Shown piece by piece: positions 15,742-27,600 of a stretch of DNA of 36,243 nt. A model generated the notes under the pieces. That model had not been told where the DNA came from. It worked only from the letters and a program-made list of their open reading frames with translations, and did not search any database. This DNA comes from a virus (lineage: Duplodnaviria; Caudoviricetes): the IMG/VR virus record IMGVR_UViG_3300048009_000223, positions 1 to 36,243 of that record; one strand, 5' to 3'. Every line of letters starts with the position of its first letter. Positions within the stretch are counted from its first letter, which is position 1. Both the position numbers and the translations under genes were made by a program.

Positions 15742-16819
15742 ACGTATAGGCTTTGCATGTAAGTACATGCATGACGATCAGACACAGAAGAAGAAAATAC
15801 TAGAGGAAATTCAACGCCCGCTAAATACTCGTAGCACAACAGTACAGTGGCTCAATAGGCAGACACGTGATGTTGCTGAAGAACGCTTGTGGGACATCAT
15901 GGTCCATAACATTGCGTCATACAAAAGGTTGATTGAATATGTGGGAAGTCTTCCTCCGCAACTTAGAATGGTCCGACTTGGTAGTGATGTACTTCCTGTT
16001 TATACCCAGCGTGATTGGTCTTATTATTGGCGTAAGCCTGACGTGGTTGCGTACTGTGAAAGAGAATTCGCAAAAGTTGGCGCAACGGCAAGAACCCTCG
16101 ATGTTAGACTCTCGATGCACCCAGGCCAATTTACAGTCCTTGCTTCAGATAGTGAAGAGATAGTAGAACGGAGTATAGAAGAATTTGAATATCACACCGA
16201 TGTCATACGCTGGATGGGATACGGCAAACGATTCCAAGACTTTAAGTGCAATGTACACATCAGCGGCCGCCAAGGTCCAGCCGGTATCAAACATGCCGTC
16301 GACCACAGACTTTCTCCAGAAGCGAGAAACACGATTACGATCGAGAATGACGAAAACAAATGGGGTATTGAACACTCACTTGAGCTCGTCGACACATGCG
16401 CTCTCGTACTTGACATACACCACCACTGGTGCCGTGAAGGTGAATACATTAGGCCCACCGACGCTAGATTTGCTCGTGTAATAGATTCGTGGCGTGGCGA
16501 ACGACCTGTAATACATTATTCATACAGTCGTAACGAACACTTGCCCGAAGGCTTCGATCATGTGTTGAAACCCGAGATGGCACAACTACTAGCAAACGGT
16601 TACAAGAAAGCAAAACTACGAGCTCACAGTGATTACTATCCTAACCAGAGTTGCAATGACTGGGCATTGAGCTTCTTGCCTTACGCAGATATTATGTGCG
16701 AATCCAAGATGAAGAATCTTGCTAGTATTGACTTATATAAATACAAAGAGGAACTAGAACACTATGAGCTATTTAAACACAATGTACAGCAACAAGAGCC
16801 AGAGCTCGAAAACGCCTGA
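15728..16819 (+). CDS. uvsE: UV damage endonuclease
   Basis: RIGFAC, RLGSDVLP, RLSMHPGQFTVLAS, NVHISG, TIENDE, LVLDIHHH, PVIHYS, RAHSDY, DIMCESKMKN. Confidence 0.95.
   Translation: MNNLKRIGFACKYMHDDQTQKKKILEEIQRPLNTRSTTVQWLNRQTRDVAEERLWDIMVHNIASYKRLIEYVGSLPPQLRMVRLGSDVLPVYTQRDWSYYWRKPDVVAYCEREFAKVGATARTLDVRLSMHPGQFTVLASDSEEIVERSIEEFEYHTDVIRWMGYGKRFQDFKCNVHISGRQGPAGIKHAVDHRLSPEARNTITIENDENKWGIEHSLELVDTCALVLDIHHHWCREGEYIRPTDARFARVIDSWRGERPVIHYSYSRNEHLPEGFDHVLKPEMAQLLANGYKKAKLRAHSDYYPNQSCNDWALSFLPYADIMCESKMKNLASIDLYKYKEELEHYELFKHNVQQQEPELENA
16736..16743 (+). promoter_or_regulatory. T4 late promoter consensus
   Basis: Exact TATAAATA inside the 3' end of uvdE, followed by GAGGA and ATG 16764. 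Confidence 0.7.
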
Positions 16820-17057
16820 AAAAGAATCAACAAAAAATCCTAACCGCGTAGCGGGTGGACTTAAAGGTCAAGGTGTTGATCATTTCTTAATGATGTCAGA
16901 AGATGGCTCAGAACAACAAGTTCCTACACAGCGTTATGTGAATAGCCTGGAAGAGCAGATAAGAAAACAGCGAGGCGCAATTAACGTTTTAGAACGTAAA
17001 CTGGCTCGCTGTGAATCTAGTATAGATCGATTAAATTCTTTAAACTCTACTTCTTAG
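16764..17057 (+). CDS. hypothetical coiled-coil protein
   Basis: KNPNRVAGGLK, then heptad repeats LEEQIRKQRGAINVLERKLARCE. Confidence 0.7.
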   Translation: MSYLNTMYSNKSQSSKTPEKESTKNPNRVAGGLKGQGVDHFLMMSEDGSEQQVPTQRYVNSLEEQIRKQRGAINVLERKLARCESSIDRLNSLNSTS

Positions 17058-17316
17058 ATAGTTTAAATACTTCATCAACTAAGTCAGCTTTTTTCTTTCT
17101 CTTATCAATATCAACTTTAAATTCCTTTTTAGCAAATGCTTCAAGTTTATCCTTAGTTAATTTTGCAAGGTCTGCTTTCTTAACAGTCGCTTTTTTAGCT
17201 GCAGGTTTAGCCGCTGGCTTTTTAGCTTCTGCTTTCTTAGCAGGTGCAGGAGTTGGAGCCTCTTTAGGTGCTCTATACTCTTCTGTTGAAAAAAGGTTAC
17301 GTAACCAATTAAACAT
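17047..17316 (-). CDS. Lys/Ala-rich protein with C-terminal HeH/Rho-N-like module
   Basis: PAKK/PAAK repeats, then LAKLTKDKLEAFAKKEFKVDIDKRKKKADLVDEV; GGAG RBS on the minus strand. Confidence 0.75.
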   Translation of the reverse strand: MFNWLRNLFSTEEYRAPKEAPTPAPAKKAEAKKPAAKPAAKKATVKKADLAKLTKDKLEAFAKKEFKVDIDKRKKKADLVDEVFKLSKK

Positions 17317-17348
17317 ATTAATTCTCCATTTTAATAAATTAACAAGAG

Positions 17349-17362
17349 TATTTACATAAATA
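17349..17362. promoter_or_regulatory. back-to-back divergent late promoter motifs
   Basis: TATTTACATAAATA reads CATAAATA on + (17355-17362) and TGTAAATA on - (17349-17356), between divergent genes. Confidence 0.65.
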
Positions 17363-17382
17363 TGTTAACAAGGAGACTAATT

Positions 17383-17538
17383 ATGGTAGAGAAATTAGAA
17401 CTAAAAAAGATTGACGGGCTTAGAATTGACAAGAAAGCGTTTCAACCTATCAACCTTAAAAAGGACGACAAATTACCTGAAAGTAAGAAGTCTATGAAAA
17501 CAACTGAAAACACTAGACCAGGAGGATATAAATTCTAA
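17383..17538 (+). CDS. small basic protein, 51 aa
   Basis: MVEKLELKKIDGLRIDKKAFQPINLKKDDKLPESKKSMKTTENTRPGGYKF; AAGGAG RBS. Confidence 0.7.
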   Translation: MVEKLELKKIDGLRIDKKAFQPINLKKDDKLPESKKSMKTTENTRPGGYKF

Positions 17539-17702
17539 TGAAAAACTGGATTATTAAAAGATTAGGCGAAAGAACAACACTTGACGGTGCTGTACTTGTT
17601 GCCGCTGGCGTAGCATTTTTAATTTTTAAACCAATCGCAAGTTTAGTAGCATACGGTGCTATTGCATACGGCGCTTGGACTATTTGGAAAAAAGAAGATT
17701 AA
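17538..17702 (+). CDS. small 2-TM membrane protein (holin-like), 54 aa
   Basis: MKNWIIKRLGERTTLDGAVLVAAGVAFLIFKPIASLVAYGAIAYGAWTIWKKED; AGGAGG RBS; charged C-terminus. Confidence 0.7.
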   Translation: MKNWIIKRLGERTTLDGAVLVAAGVAFLIFKPIASLVAYGAIAYGAWTIWKKED

Positions 17703-17705
17703 TAA

Positions 17706-17957
17706 ATGGCTAGAGAATATACATTAACTGTTGAAACATCTGAAAATACAAGAGAAGTATCTGAAGGTGTTACTAAAGAACTGTACAATGCTACTATCAC
17801 TAAAGTAGAAACAGGTCAAACTATATCAATAGTTGATGTTGTAAGCACCTATGATAGAGATGATTGGTGTGCTACTGTATTCGAACATGCAAAAGAAGGA
17901 TTAGATCATGAAGACGGTCCTAGTTGTTGCTATGTTAATGCAAGTTACGTAGACTAA
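17706..17957 (+). CDS. acidic hypothetical protein
   Basis: ORF follows the preceding gene after 3 nt. Confidence 0.65.
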   Translation: MAREYTLTVETSENTREVSEGVTKELYNATITKVETGQTISIVDVVSTYDRDDWCATVFEHAKEGLDHEDGPSCCYVNASYVD

Positions 17958-18241
17958 AGTTTACCAATAGGGAGATCAGAACTAGCACTCATATTCCAAA
18001 CTTGTTTGCGTTCTACTCCCTTTTTTTGTGCAAATTTCTTTGCATCACAATTATTACACACATGAAAATAGTTATTATTTAGACGCTTAGGGTCCATATT
18101 TCCTCGTGGCCTTTCAAACTCAGTATCACAGTTATCACATCTGAGTAAAACAAACGTCTTATCGCGTGTGTAGGGGTGTGTATGACCCAATTTAGACTGT
18201 CTTTCGTGCCTGGTTTGCACAATAAATTCTTTAATGAACAT
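17954..18241 (-). CDS. zinc-ribbon protein
   Basis: CDNC...CNNC pairs. Confidence 0.75.
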   Translation of the reverse strand: MFIKEFIVQTRHERQSKLGHTHPYTRDKTFVLLRCDNCDTEFERPRGNMDPKRLNNNYFHVCNNCDAKKFAQKKGVERKQVWNMSASSDLPIGKL

Positions 18242-18278
18242 ACATATACTTAGTTACATTCGGATTATAAAACTATTC

Positions 18279-18286
18279 GATAAATA
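18279..18286 (+). promoter_or_regulatory. late promoter motif
   Basis: GATAAATA, then AGGAG and ATG 18305. Confidence 0.65.
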
Positions 18287-18304
18287 TATTAAACAGGAGT
18301 ATTG

Positions 18305-18679
18305 ATGTTCGTATTGACCATAACAGAATCTGCTAAAAGCAAAGTAAATGAATTATGTAATGCACAGCCAGACACGTTTGCTGTACATTTAGGCTTAAAA
18401 GGTGGTGGCTGCGCAGGGTTTGAATACGAATGGGATATGATCGAAAAGGATAAAGTTGGAACTCACGACGAAATAATCAACACAGGCAACGGTAACTTAG
18501 TAGTAAACGCAGAAAGTTTAATGTACTTGTTTGGTAGTGAGATAGATTATTCTAGAGACGTATTTCAAACACAGTTTGTTATTAACAATCCTAACGCTCA
18601 AAGTGCATGCGGTTGCGGAGTAAGTGTTAATTTTAACAACAACATAGAAGACAATATACAAATTTTGGAGCTAAAATAA
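18305..18679 (+). CDS. iscA: A-type Fe-S cluster carrier (HesB/IscA/SufA family)
   Basis: LTITESA, GGGCAGFEY, GSEIDY, NPNAQSACGCGVS (three conserved Cys). Confidence 0.92.
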   Translation: MFVLTITESAKSKVNELCNAQPDTFAVHLGLKGGGCAGFEYEWDMIEKDKVGTHDEIINTGNGNLVVNAESLMYLFGSEIDYSRDVFQTQFVINNPNAQSACGCGVSVNFNNNIEDNIQILELK

Positions 18680-18680
18680 G

Positions 18681-21600
18681 ATGGCAAGACAAGAAGTAGA
18701 TATCGGCATTGAAGGTAATGACGGAACCGGTGATAGTATTAGAGAGTCGTTTCGTAAGGTAAACGAAAACTTTCAAGAGATATATGCAGTAGTAGGTAAA
18801 GGTGGACAAATTACCTTTACATTACTTGCTGACACACCCGACGATTTAACACCGTTTAAAGGCGATGGCGTAGATGCGTATTTGCCAACAGTATCACAAG
18901 ATGGCACAGAGATTGAAATCAGAAAGTTAGGCTCCGATAGTGATGAAAATCCTACAGCTATTGATACAATTAGTATAAGTGTTTCTGAAACTGGTAAAAT
19001 AATACTAAAACTAAATGCTATTTCATTAGAGTCTGATCCGGAACCAACACTAGGTGGACCACTGAATGCTGCTGGTGTTGCTATTGGTAACTTAGGCACA
19101 ACTAATACTGATGTTACAAATTTTAACAATATACACGGTACAAGTTTAACACAAGATGATCTAGCAATTGATAAAAAGTTTGCTGATAAAAATTATATCC
19201 CTAGACAAGACCCAGGCGAAACAATTAATGTACCTGCAGAATTAACAGAAGCTACGTCATACACAAAAATAGTTGATTCTATTCAAACTATACAAATTAA
19301 TGATATAGGATACGTTGGTAGTGTACAAATTTCATCACACGGTTTATCACGTGGTTCAGATGGTTCTGCATATGTATTCAATACAGCAGGCACAGGGCTT
19401 AATTGGTCAAAAGAAGATCCTGTAACAGGTAACACAATTAGTAGTATAGATACTGATGCAAATGGATTGTTAATTTACTCACCAATACAAAATGGTGATA
19501 CAGTTTACATTGGTGTACTAGATTCAAACAACATAGGATTCTTTGAAACAGCAGAAGACGCTCAGATAGAGGATTTAACAGAAAGAAACAACAGACGTTA
19601 TAAATTAACAACAACTGATAGTGCGTCACTAAGCATTACTGATGCAGGATATGATGCAGATTTAGAAGGCTTTTTCCTAAGTCATCAAGTAGTACCACGT
19701 GATTCTGTTACACGTAGACAAGGTGACACAATGGAAGGACCATTAACACTACATGATCATCCAGGTGATCTTGCTGGTGCTGGTACTCCAAACGGCCTTG
19801 CAGACTTACAGGCAGTATCAAAATTATATGTTGACAGCCAGTCAACTGAATCAAGTGCAAACATTTTTGTAAGCACAGTTGGTAGCGATGATCAGAGTGT
19901 TGCACCTCCAGGTAAGGAAGGTAGTTCACTAGCATATGCATACAGAACAATTGGTGCGGCTGCACGTAAGGCAGAGCAAATACAAATTGCGTCACCATTT
20001 GAACCTGGTCCGTATATGCAAGACATTTTCACTTCACGTGTTGTAAGTGAAGGTGAACCACCAACAATTGAACTTTCACAAGTAACACAAACAGGTTTTG
20101 CTGTAGGTGCAGGACTAGGTGCTAGAGGCAATGCTAAAACACTTGTTGAAGCAAACTTAAACTATATTGTTGCTGAAGTAATTGCATGGAAAGATGCACA
20201 GATTGCAGGCAAACTAAGTTCAACAGTAGGCGCAACAACTGTAAACTGGACCAACAGAGTTGTTGGAGATAGAGCATTAGAATTAGATCTACGTAAAGGT
20301 ATTACAGCAGCATTATTAGATCACGTTGCTGGTACACTTGCACAAAGCCTTAGTGTAAGAGTTGGTGTTGAATTTTACAACGACGAATATACTAGATCAC
20401 AAGCAGGTTTATTAAGAGACACTTATGCACATTTATTAGAAAGAGCAAGAACAGTTACAGCAAGTGTAGTTACTAACACACCATTTAGTTCGTTACAATC
20501 AATTTACACACAAGAACAAATTACATATGGTAGTAACCAACCATCTAGTGACGAAGCAGGTAACATTACAGATAACCTAGCTATACAAAGAGACATTGTT
20601 ACTAGCGGAGTATTTACAGCACCTGTAGCAAAAACAGGTAATAGATACGAATTGTTCTTTAGCAACTCAGTTAACGGTGTTACACAAGGTAAAGTAGACC
20701 AAGGTGATCCACAAAACAGAGACTTACGAGTAGGTAAAGTCATTAGAGGTAAAACAAGTGGTGCTATTGGTAAAATTATTAGATACTTCCCAGGTAATGA
20801 TAACGTAAATAATCCTGGATCATTAGACGACTTAGCAGAACTAGAACTGTTATCAGCACAAGAGTTTACAACAGGTGAACAAATTGAAATGGGTAACATT
20901 GTCAACAATAGACAAATTACTGTTAGAATTGAAACTGGACAATACTTTGAAGACTATCCAATCAAAGTTCCTGCTAACGTATCATTAGTTGGTGACGAAT
21001 TTAGACGAGTTATTATTAGACCAAAAGCAGAAGTTTCACAGTCTCCATGGTCAACAACATATTTTTATAGAGACAAAGCATTTGACGGCTTAACTGGTGG
21101 TAATGATAGCATTACTGGCGAAGGTGATCCTAACTTACCAACAGACGGTGAAGCATACGTTAATCCATTGTCAGGCGAAACAGATGGGTACTTTGGTAGA
21201 CACTATCTTTACAATCCAAACAAAAGCAAAAACGTCGACGACGGTGGCGCACTGGCAATTACTAATCCGGGTCAATATAACGATGCGGCTGTATTAATTG
21301 AAAAGAACAAAGACTTTATTATTGCTGAGAATATTGCATACTTAGACTATGCAAAAGCTCAAAGTAATGCTGGCGATGCAAACTTTGCAGATTACGCTGG
21401 CGTTGTATGGAGTAACGCAGCAAAAGATAGATATAGAAGAACAGTTGGTAGTTTAATTGACGCTATTGCAAATGACTTACGTACAGGCGGAAGCACTAAC
21501 ACATTACACATACAAGGTAGTATATTCTTTGATGGCATAAACTTTGCAAATGAAGCAACACCAAGATATCAAAGTATTATTGCTGCAGGCGATGTAATAC

Positions 21601-24600
21601 AAAGTGTTGTTATTAACAGTGCTTACAACAATTCATTATATGCAGCATACAAAGGTGCAGATCATCCTGATCAATATATAAATGCTAACTTGACAGGTGG
21701 CACAAGTATAGCAGGTAATGGTAACTTAATATATGACTTATTTGAATTGCTTAAATGGGGTAATGACAGCACACCAAACGATGACTGGAACCCTGCTAAA
21801 CGTTCAACAGCACTAGATGCGTTCTTAATGAACGATGCAACAATCCTACGTAATATGACTGTACAAGGTCATGGAGGATTTATGTGTGTGCTTGATCCAA
21901 CAGGACAAATCCTTACTAAATCACCATACATACAAACAGGTTCAAGTTTTTCACAATCACTAAACAGACAAGCGTTTAGAGGTGGTATGCTAGTTGATGC
22001 TTTCTGTGCTAATACTCCAATAAAAGTAACTGCTGTTCAAGGAAACGGCTTTGAACTTTTAGTTACAGCAGAACCAGGAAGCGGTTTAGCAATTAGAAAA
22101 CCACAAACACCTGCACCATTCTATATTAACGGTATTAGATACCAAGTAAATGACATTGTTGATTACAACGATGGTGGATTACTTGCACCAACAGCAACAC
22201 TTATACTTGACTCAACATCAGGACCAGTAAGTGACGTAGATCCAGATGTAACTGTAGGTTGGGACACAGTTGAACTTCCGATACCAGCAGGCGGCTACCC
22301 TGTTACACTACAAACAGCAGGTAACAGATCGCAACTTGGTAACGACTTTACACAGGTTAATGACTTAGGGTACGGACTTGTTACTATCAACGGTGGTTTA
22401 AGTGAAATGGTTAGTATGTTTACATACTACTGTCACACAGCATACTATGCAGGTAACGGTGGTCAAATTAGATCACTAAATGGTTCAAACGCAAACGGTG
22501 TATACGGTCTTGTTGCACAAGGTTCAGATCCAAACGAAGTACCAGATGATGTTGTTCTAAAAGACGACATGATGCAGAGTGCTAAAACATTCTCTGCAAT
22601 TACAGTACTTGAATTGAATCAAAACATAACTGTAGCCGCAGGCGATACTATTGCTAATGCAGCTTCAACTCCAAGTGCTAGTGGTGCGTCAGTGTTTGCA
22701 TCCGTAGGTAAGAAACTTTACTTAGACGGAACAAGCGGCAGTTTCACTACAGGTGCTAGTATATTTGTTAACAACGCAGACAGTGGTGCAGATGTAACAG
22801 ATGTCGACACAACGGGTTATACTAACCTTGAAACACAGTTAAGTATGCACGTATACGACTTAGAACATATTCCAAGCAACAAAGGTGAACTTGATTATTA
22901 TCACGATGATGGCGTAACTCCAACAAACAGAATTGCACGTTACGAAGTAGCCAACATTCAAAAGGTAGATGGTATTTTAGTTGATGGTTATACTATTGAC
23001 AACACAGAATACACATTTACACCTGTTGCAAGAACAACAAACGCAAATGGTATTATTGGTAACAATGAATCAGAGCCAGTAAGCGAAACAACTGAAGCCG
23101 TTATTGTTATAAGCAAAGCAAACAAAAATGGCGGTATATATGGCGTAAGTGTATTTGGTACTGAAAGAGGCGATCATTACAAAATAGGTGATACGTTTAG
23201 TATTCCTGGTACACAATTAGGTGGTACTAGTCCAGCTAACGATGCAACTGTTACAATAACACAAATTAACAGAAGTGCAGCCAACATAGACAACGGTATA
23301 CAAACTGGTAGTATTAGAAGAATGACTATCAGTGGTAGTATTAATAGTATTGCAGGATTTACTCCAGAGAGAGATGGCCAGGTTTATAAATTAAACTTTA
23401 GTACATCAAATGATCAGTTTGATAATGATGGCTTACTTGCAGATATTCCAATTAATAAGCCAGTTGATATTAGGAACAACCAAACACACTTGTTTAGAGA
23501 TATTGAAAGTGTAGGAAGTTTAACAATTCGTCCTAGTACGGCTGTTAACTTTGATGACGATCCAATTGATACTTATAGATCAATTAGTTTTGGTGTTAAC
23601 AATAGTGCAGGTGCATTATTAGAAGATGACGAATCGCTAACAGGATTTGATGCTACATACGACTACGTTGGATTATTAGTTGACGACACATATATTCAAA
23701 CAGCTGGTACAACTGTAAACCCTACGGTAAGTTCAACAACACTAGGTAATACACAAGGCGATACAACTCTTGCTATCAGCGTACTTACTCAACTTAAAGA
23801 TATTTGGAGATTGAATAACAACTTTGACACTGATCCACAGTTCCAAAGTATTCCTGCAGACGATACAGGTAGAGACTTTACTATCACTTATGAATTACCT
23901 AAGGTAATATCATGGAGAGGTAAGAAGCACATTGTATATAACTATAGAGAAGTTAAAATTGAAACTGGTGTTCATAATGTAAAAACTACATTTAGTGAAG
24001 ACCACACATATGCTCTTGTTGATCTAAAAGAAGTAAGCGAAGTAAAACTTACTTTAAATGATAAAGCAAGTTGGGAAAGAGATGTATTCTTCAACCTAGC
24101 ACAAAGACAAGTTATTGTTAGACAGGTTGGTAATACTAGTGCAAACGGTAAAGTTAAAGTAAAACAAGTTAACGAACAAGTGCTTGATTTATATGACTGG
24201 TCAGGTGTTGCATTTAACACAACAGGTGCTCTTGAAATAAGTGTAGATGCAGGCGCAACTTATACAACAATGACTGACCTTGCAACAGGCCTAGTAAACA
24301 TTGTTCCAACACTAGTTGAAGTTAAAGACACAAACGTAACAGCCGTTGCAACAGGTGTATCACAACCAGTTACACAGGGCTTTAATTCCCCAATTACTCT
24401 TAGAGCAGGTTTACAAGATGGTGCTCCTGCTAAGATTACTATACAAATTAGTACATGTAGAGCAACAGGACATGACTTCTTAGACATTGGTACAGGGTCA
24501 TTTAACCAAACAAACTATCCAAACGTTATTTTAGGTTTCCCTGCAAGAGAAGCAGATCAAGCAAACGAAATACAAGAACGTCAAAAAGGTAGAGTGTTCT

Positions 24601-27600
24601 TTGTAAGTACAGACCAAGACGGTTTCTTCCGTGTAGGTAGATTCTTTACAGTTGACCAAGGTACAGGTACAGTTACGTTTGCGGCAAGTATTGCATTGTC
24701 AGATGTAGACGGTATTGGATTCAAACGTGGTGTTGTTGTTACTGAGTTCTCAACAGACAGTGCAATGAGTGACAATGCTAATGATACTGTTCCAGTTGAA
24801 AGTGCTGTTAGAGGATATGTAAACAGACGTTTAGGTTATGATCAACAAGGTGTAGAAGTTAGTAACCCATTAGGACCAAGTGTTATTACACAGAATGGTG
24901 CTAAAGCATTTACTGGTGATCAAAGCATGGGGCAGAATAACTTAACTGATCTTGCTCCAGTTGATTTACTATTAACATCAGGATCAACCGCTGTAAACAA
25001 AGACTATGTAGACAGTAGATCAGAAGGTGTTAAGAAAGCAAAAACACTAAGAGACGTTGAAATTAGTACTGGTGATGCAAACCAAGTGTTAGGTTTGACA
25101 GGTACATATTCCTTATACTTAGATGCTAATGCTGGTAACGCAGGTGCATTTGTACCAGGTAAGGTTCTTACTAATAGTGCCGCAACAAATAACTTTGGTA
25201 CTGTTACAGGTACATATGACTTTTATGATAACGGTCTTGGAGATGTAGTTGTAGTTTACTTTACCAAAGGACCAGACATTGCTAGTCTTACAGAATATAA
25301 TTTAAACATAGGTGCTGGAACTATTAGCGGACTAAAAGCTGGTGCTCCAGATGTTTATTCTAAAGCAAGTGCTGGGTCTGGAACAACAGACGGCCAGTCA
25401 AAGTATATTAACGGACCATTCCAAGAAATTATTAACATTGGTGAAGAACCATTCAATACAGGTACACCTGTAAGTGACATTAGTTTTACAACAAGACGTT
25501 TAGTTAATGACGATGATCCAAGTGATGTATCACTGCCAGATAGACCAACAGCATACTTTGATATGCAGATTAACAATGAAGTTATTGTTAACGATGATGT
25601 AAATCCAACAGCGGCTGTTGTACAAAGCAAATTGAACATGAAAGAAGCAGATACTTTTGTAACTGCCGCAGATGATCAAATTGTAATTTCAGCACAAGAA
25701 GTTGTACAAGGATTTACATATGAAGTTGTCCTACAAGGCACTACAAACTTTGGAGCATTAGGCGCTGGCGCTAGTACACCAGGCACAGTATTTACAGCAA
25801 ACGCAAGCAATCCAAACATTACTGGTGGCGGTACTGTTAAAAGAATACAAAGCAACATTGTTGTTAAAGATCTAGCAGACGATGACAGTTATGCAACTAA
25901 CCAAGCAAAACTAGGTTTGTCAGCATTTGATGGTGCTAACTTTAAAGTTACTAGGGGACACGTTGGACTCAAAGACAACGGTATACCTAAATCAAAACTA
26001 GAGCAAATTGCTGCAGACACTGTATTAGGTAACTCAACAGGTGCAGAAGCAAACGTTGCAGAAGTTGCATTTACTACAGTAGTTGATGAAGGTCAAGGTA
26101 TACAACACACTGACTTTGCAACAACGCAAGCAACAGGTGTAATGACTAGAACACTTGAAACAGCAGGCTCTGAAACTTACCTAGTAGTTAATGCTACTAC
26201 AACTGGTGAAGCTAATAGTTTTGTAAAAACAAATGGCGCAGGTGTAATTGATGCACAAGGCTATGCTCTAAACAACAATAGTGTACTAACACAAATTGGT
26301 GCTGGCGCAAGTGGCGTACTTACAATTACTTCTATACAGGGCGGTAAGAGTATACAAGCAACAGGTGGTGACTCAACTACTCCAGCATATACAACTGTAT
26401 TTGGTAATTTAAATATAGGTGATCTTAAAGATCCAGACGGTGCTGATGCAGATAATGATCCAGATATCTTTGATCGAAGTGAGTTACATGCGGCGGCTGA
26501 CGCAGCATTTGATACAGCGAACGGTACAACTGGAACAATAACACCATTTGCGGCTTCACAGTGGACATACACAAACTTCATTGAAGCACAAAACGAAAAA
26601 GGTGATACGTCAGCAGGTATTGCAATTGGCGCATACAGTGGTAAAGCATCAGCAGGTAAAGTTGGTATTGTTGTGTCAAACGGAACTACACAAAAAGTTA
26701 TTACTTTTGGTATGTTTGATTCTACTGGTGATGGTAATGAGGACACACTTGCAATTATACCAGATGATGACAATACTACTGATATTGGTGGTTCAAACCT
26801 AAGATTTAAAACTGGTTATTTTGAAAACATGAATGTTGATGCAAGTATAACATCAGCAGGTATTACAGCAGGTAATATTAAAGTAGGTGAAACTAGTGAT
26901 AATGAAATTGACACTACATCAGGTAATTTAACTATTGATTCAGAAGGTGGTACTGTTACTATTGATGATATACTAAGTGTATCAGGTACGGCATCTTTTA
27001 GTAGTACACTAACAGTAACATCAACAACAACACTCAACGGTGCTGTTAGCTTAGGTGATGCCACAGGTGATGATATTAGTATAAACGGTTATGTTAATAC
27101 AGATATTATACCAAAAGATGCTACTAAAGATTTAGGTGATGCAACAAGAACTTTTGCTAAAACATTTACAAGAGAACTAACAACAGGAGCTTCAGGAACA
27201 ACAGGTACTATTACAGGTGACTGGAGTCTGTCAAGTGGTTCTAAATTACAATCAACCTACGCTGACTTGGCTGAGATGTATTCAGCAGACACAGAGTATG
27301 AAGTTGGTACTGTATTAGTGTTTGGCGGTGATGCAGAAGTTACTACAACTGACGCTAAAGGCGATCATAGAGTTGCTGGTGTTGTAAGTGCTGAGCCAGC
27401 GTTTGTTATGAATCAAGACTGTCCGGGCATTGCAACATGTATTGCATTACAAGGTCGAGTTCCTGTTAAAGTAATTGGTAAAGTACAAAAAGGCGATATG
27501 CTTGTTTCAAGTGCTATACCAGGTTATGCTATTGTTAATAACACACCAAGTGTTGGTACTGTTATTGGTAAGGCAGTTGGTACTAAAGAAGATGATGCTA

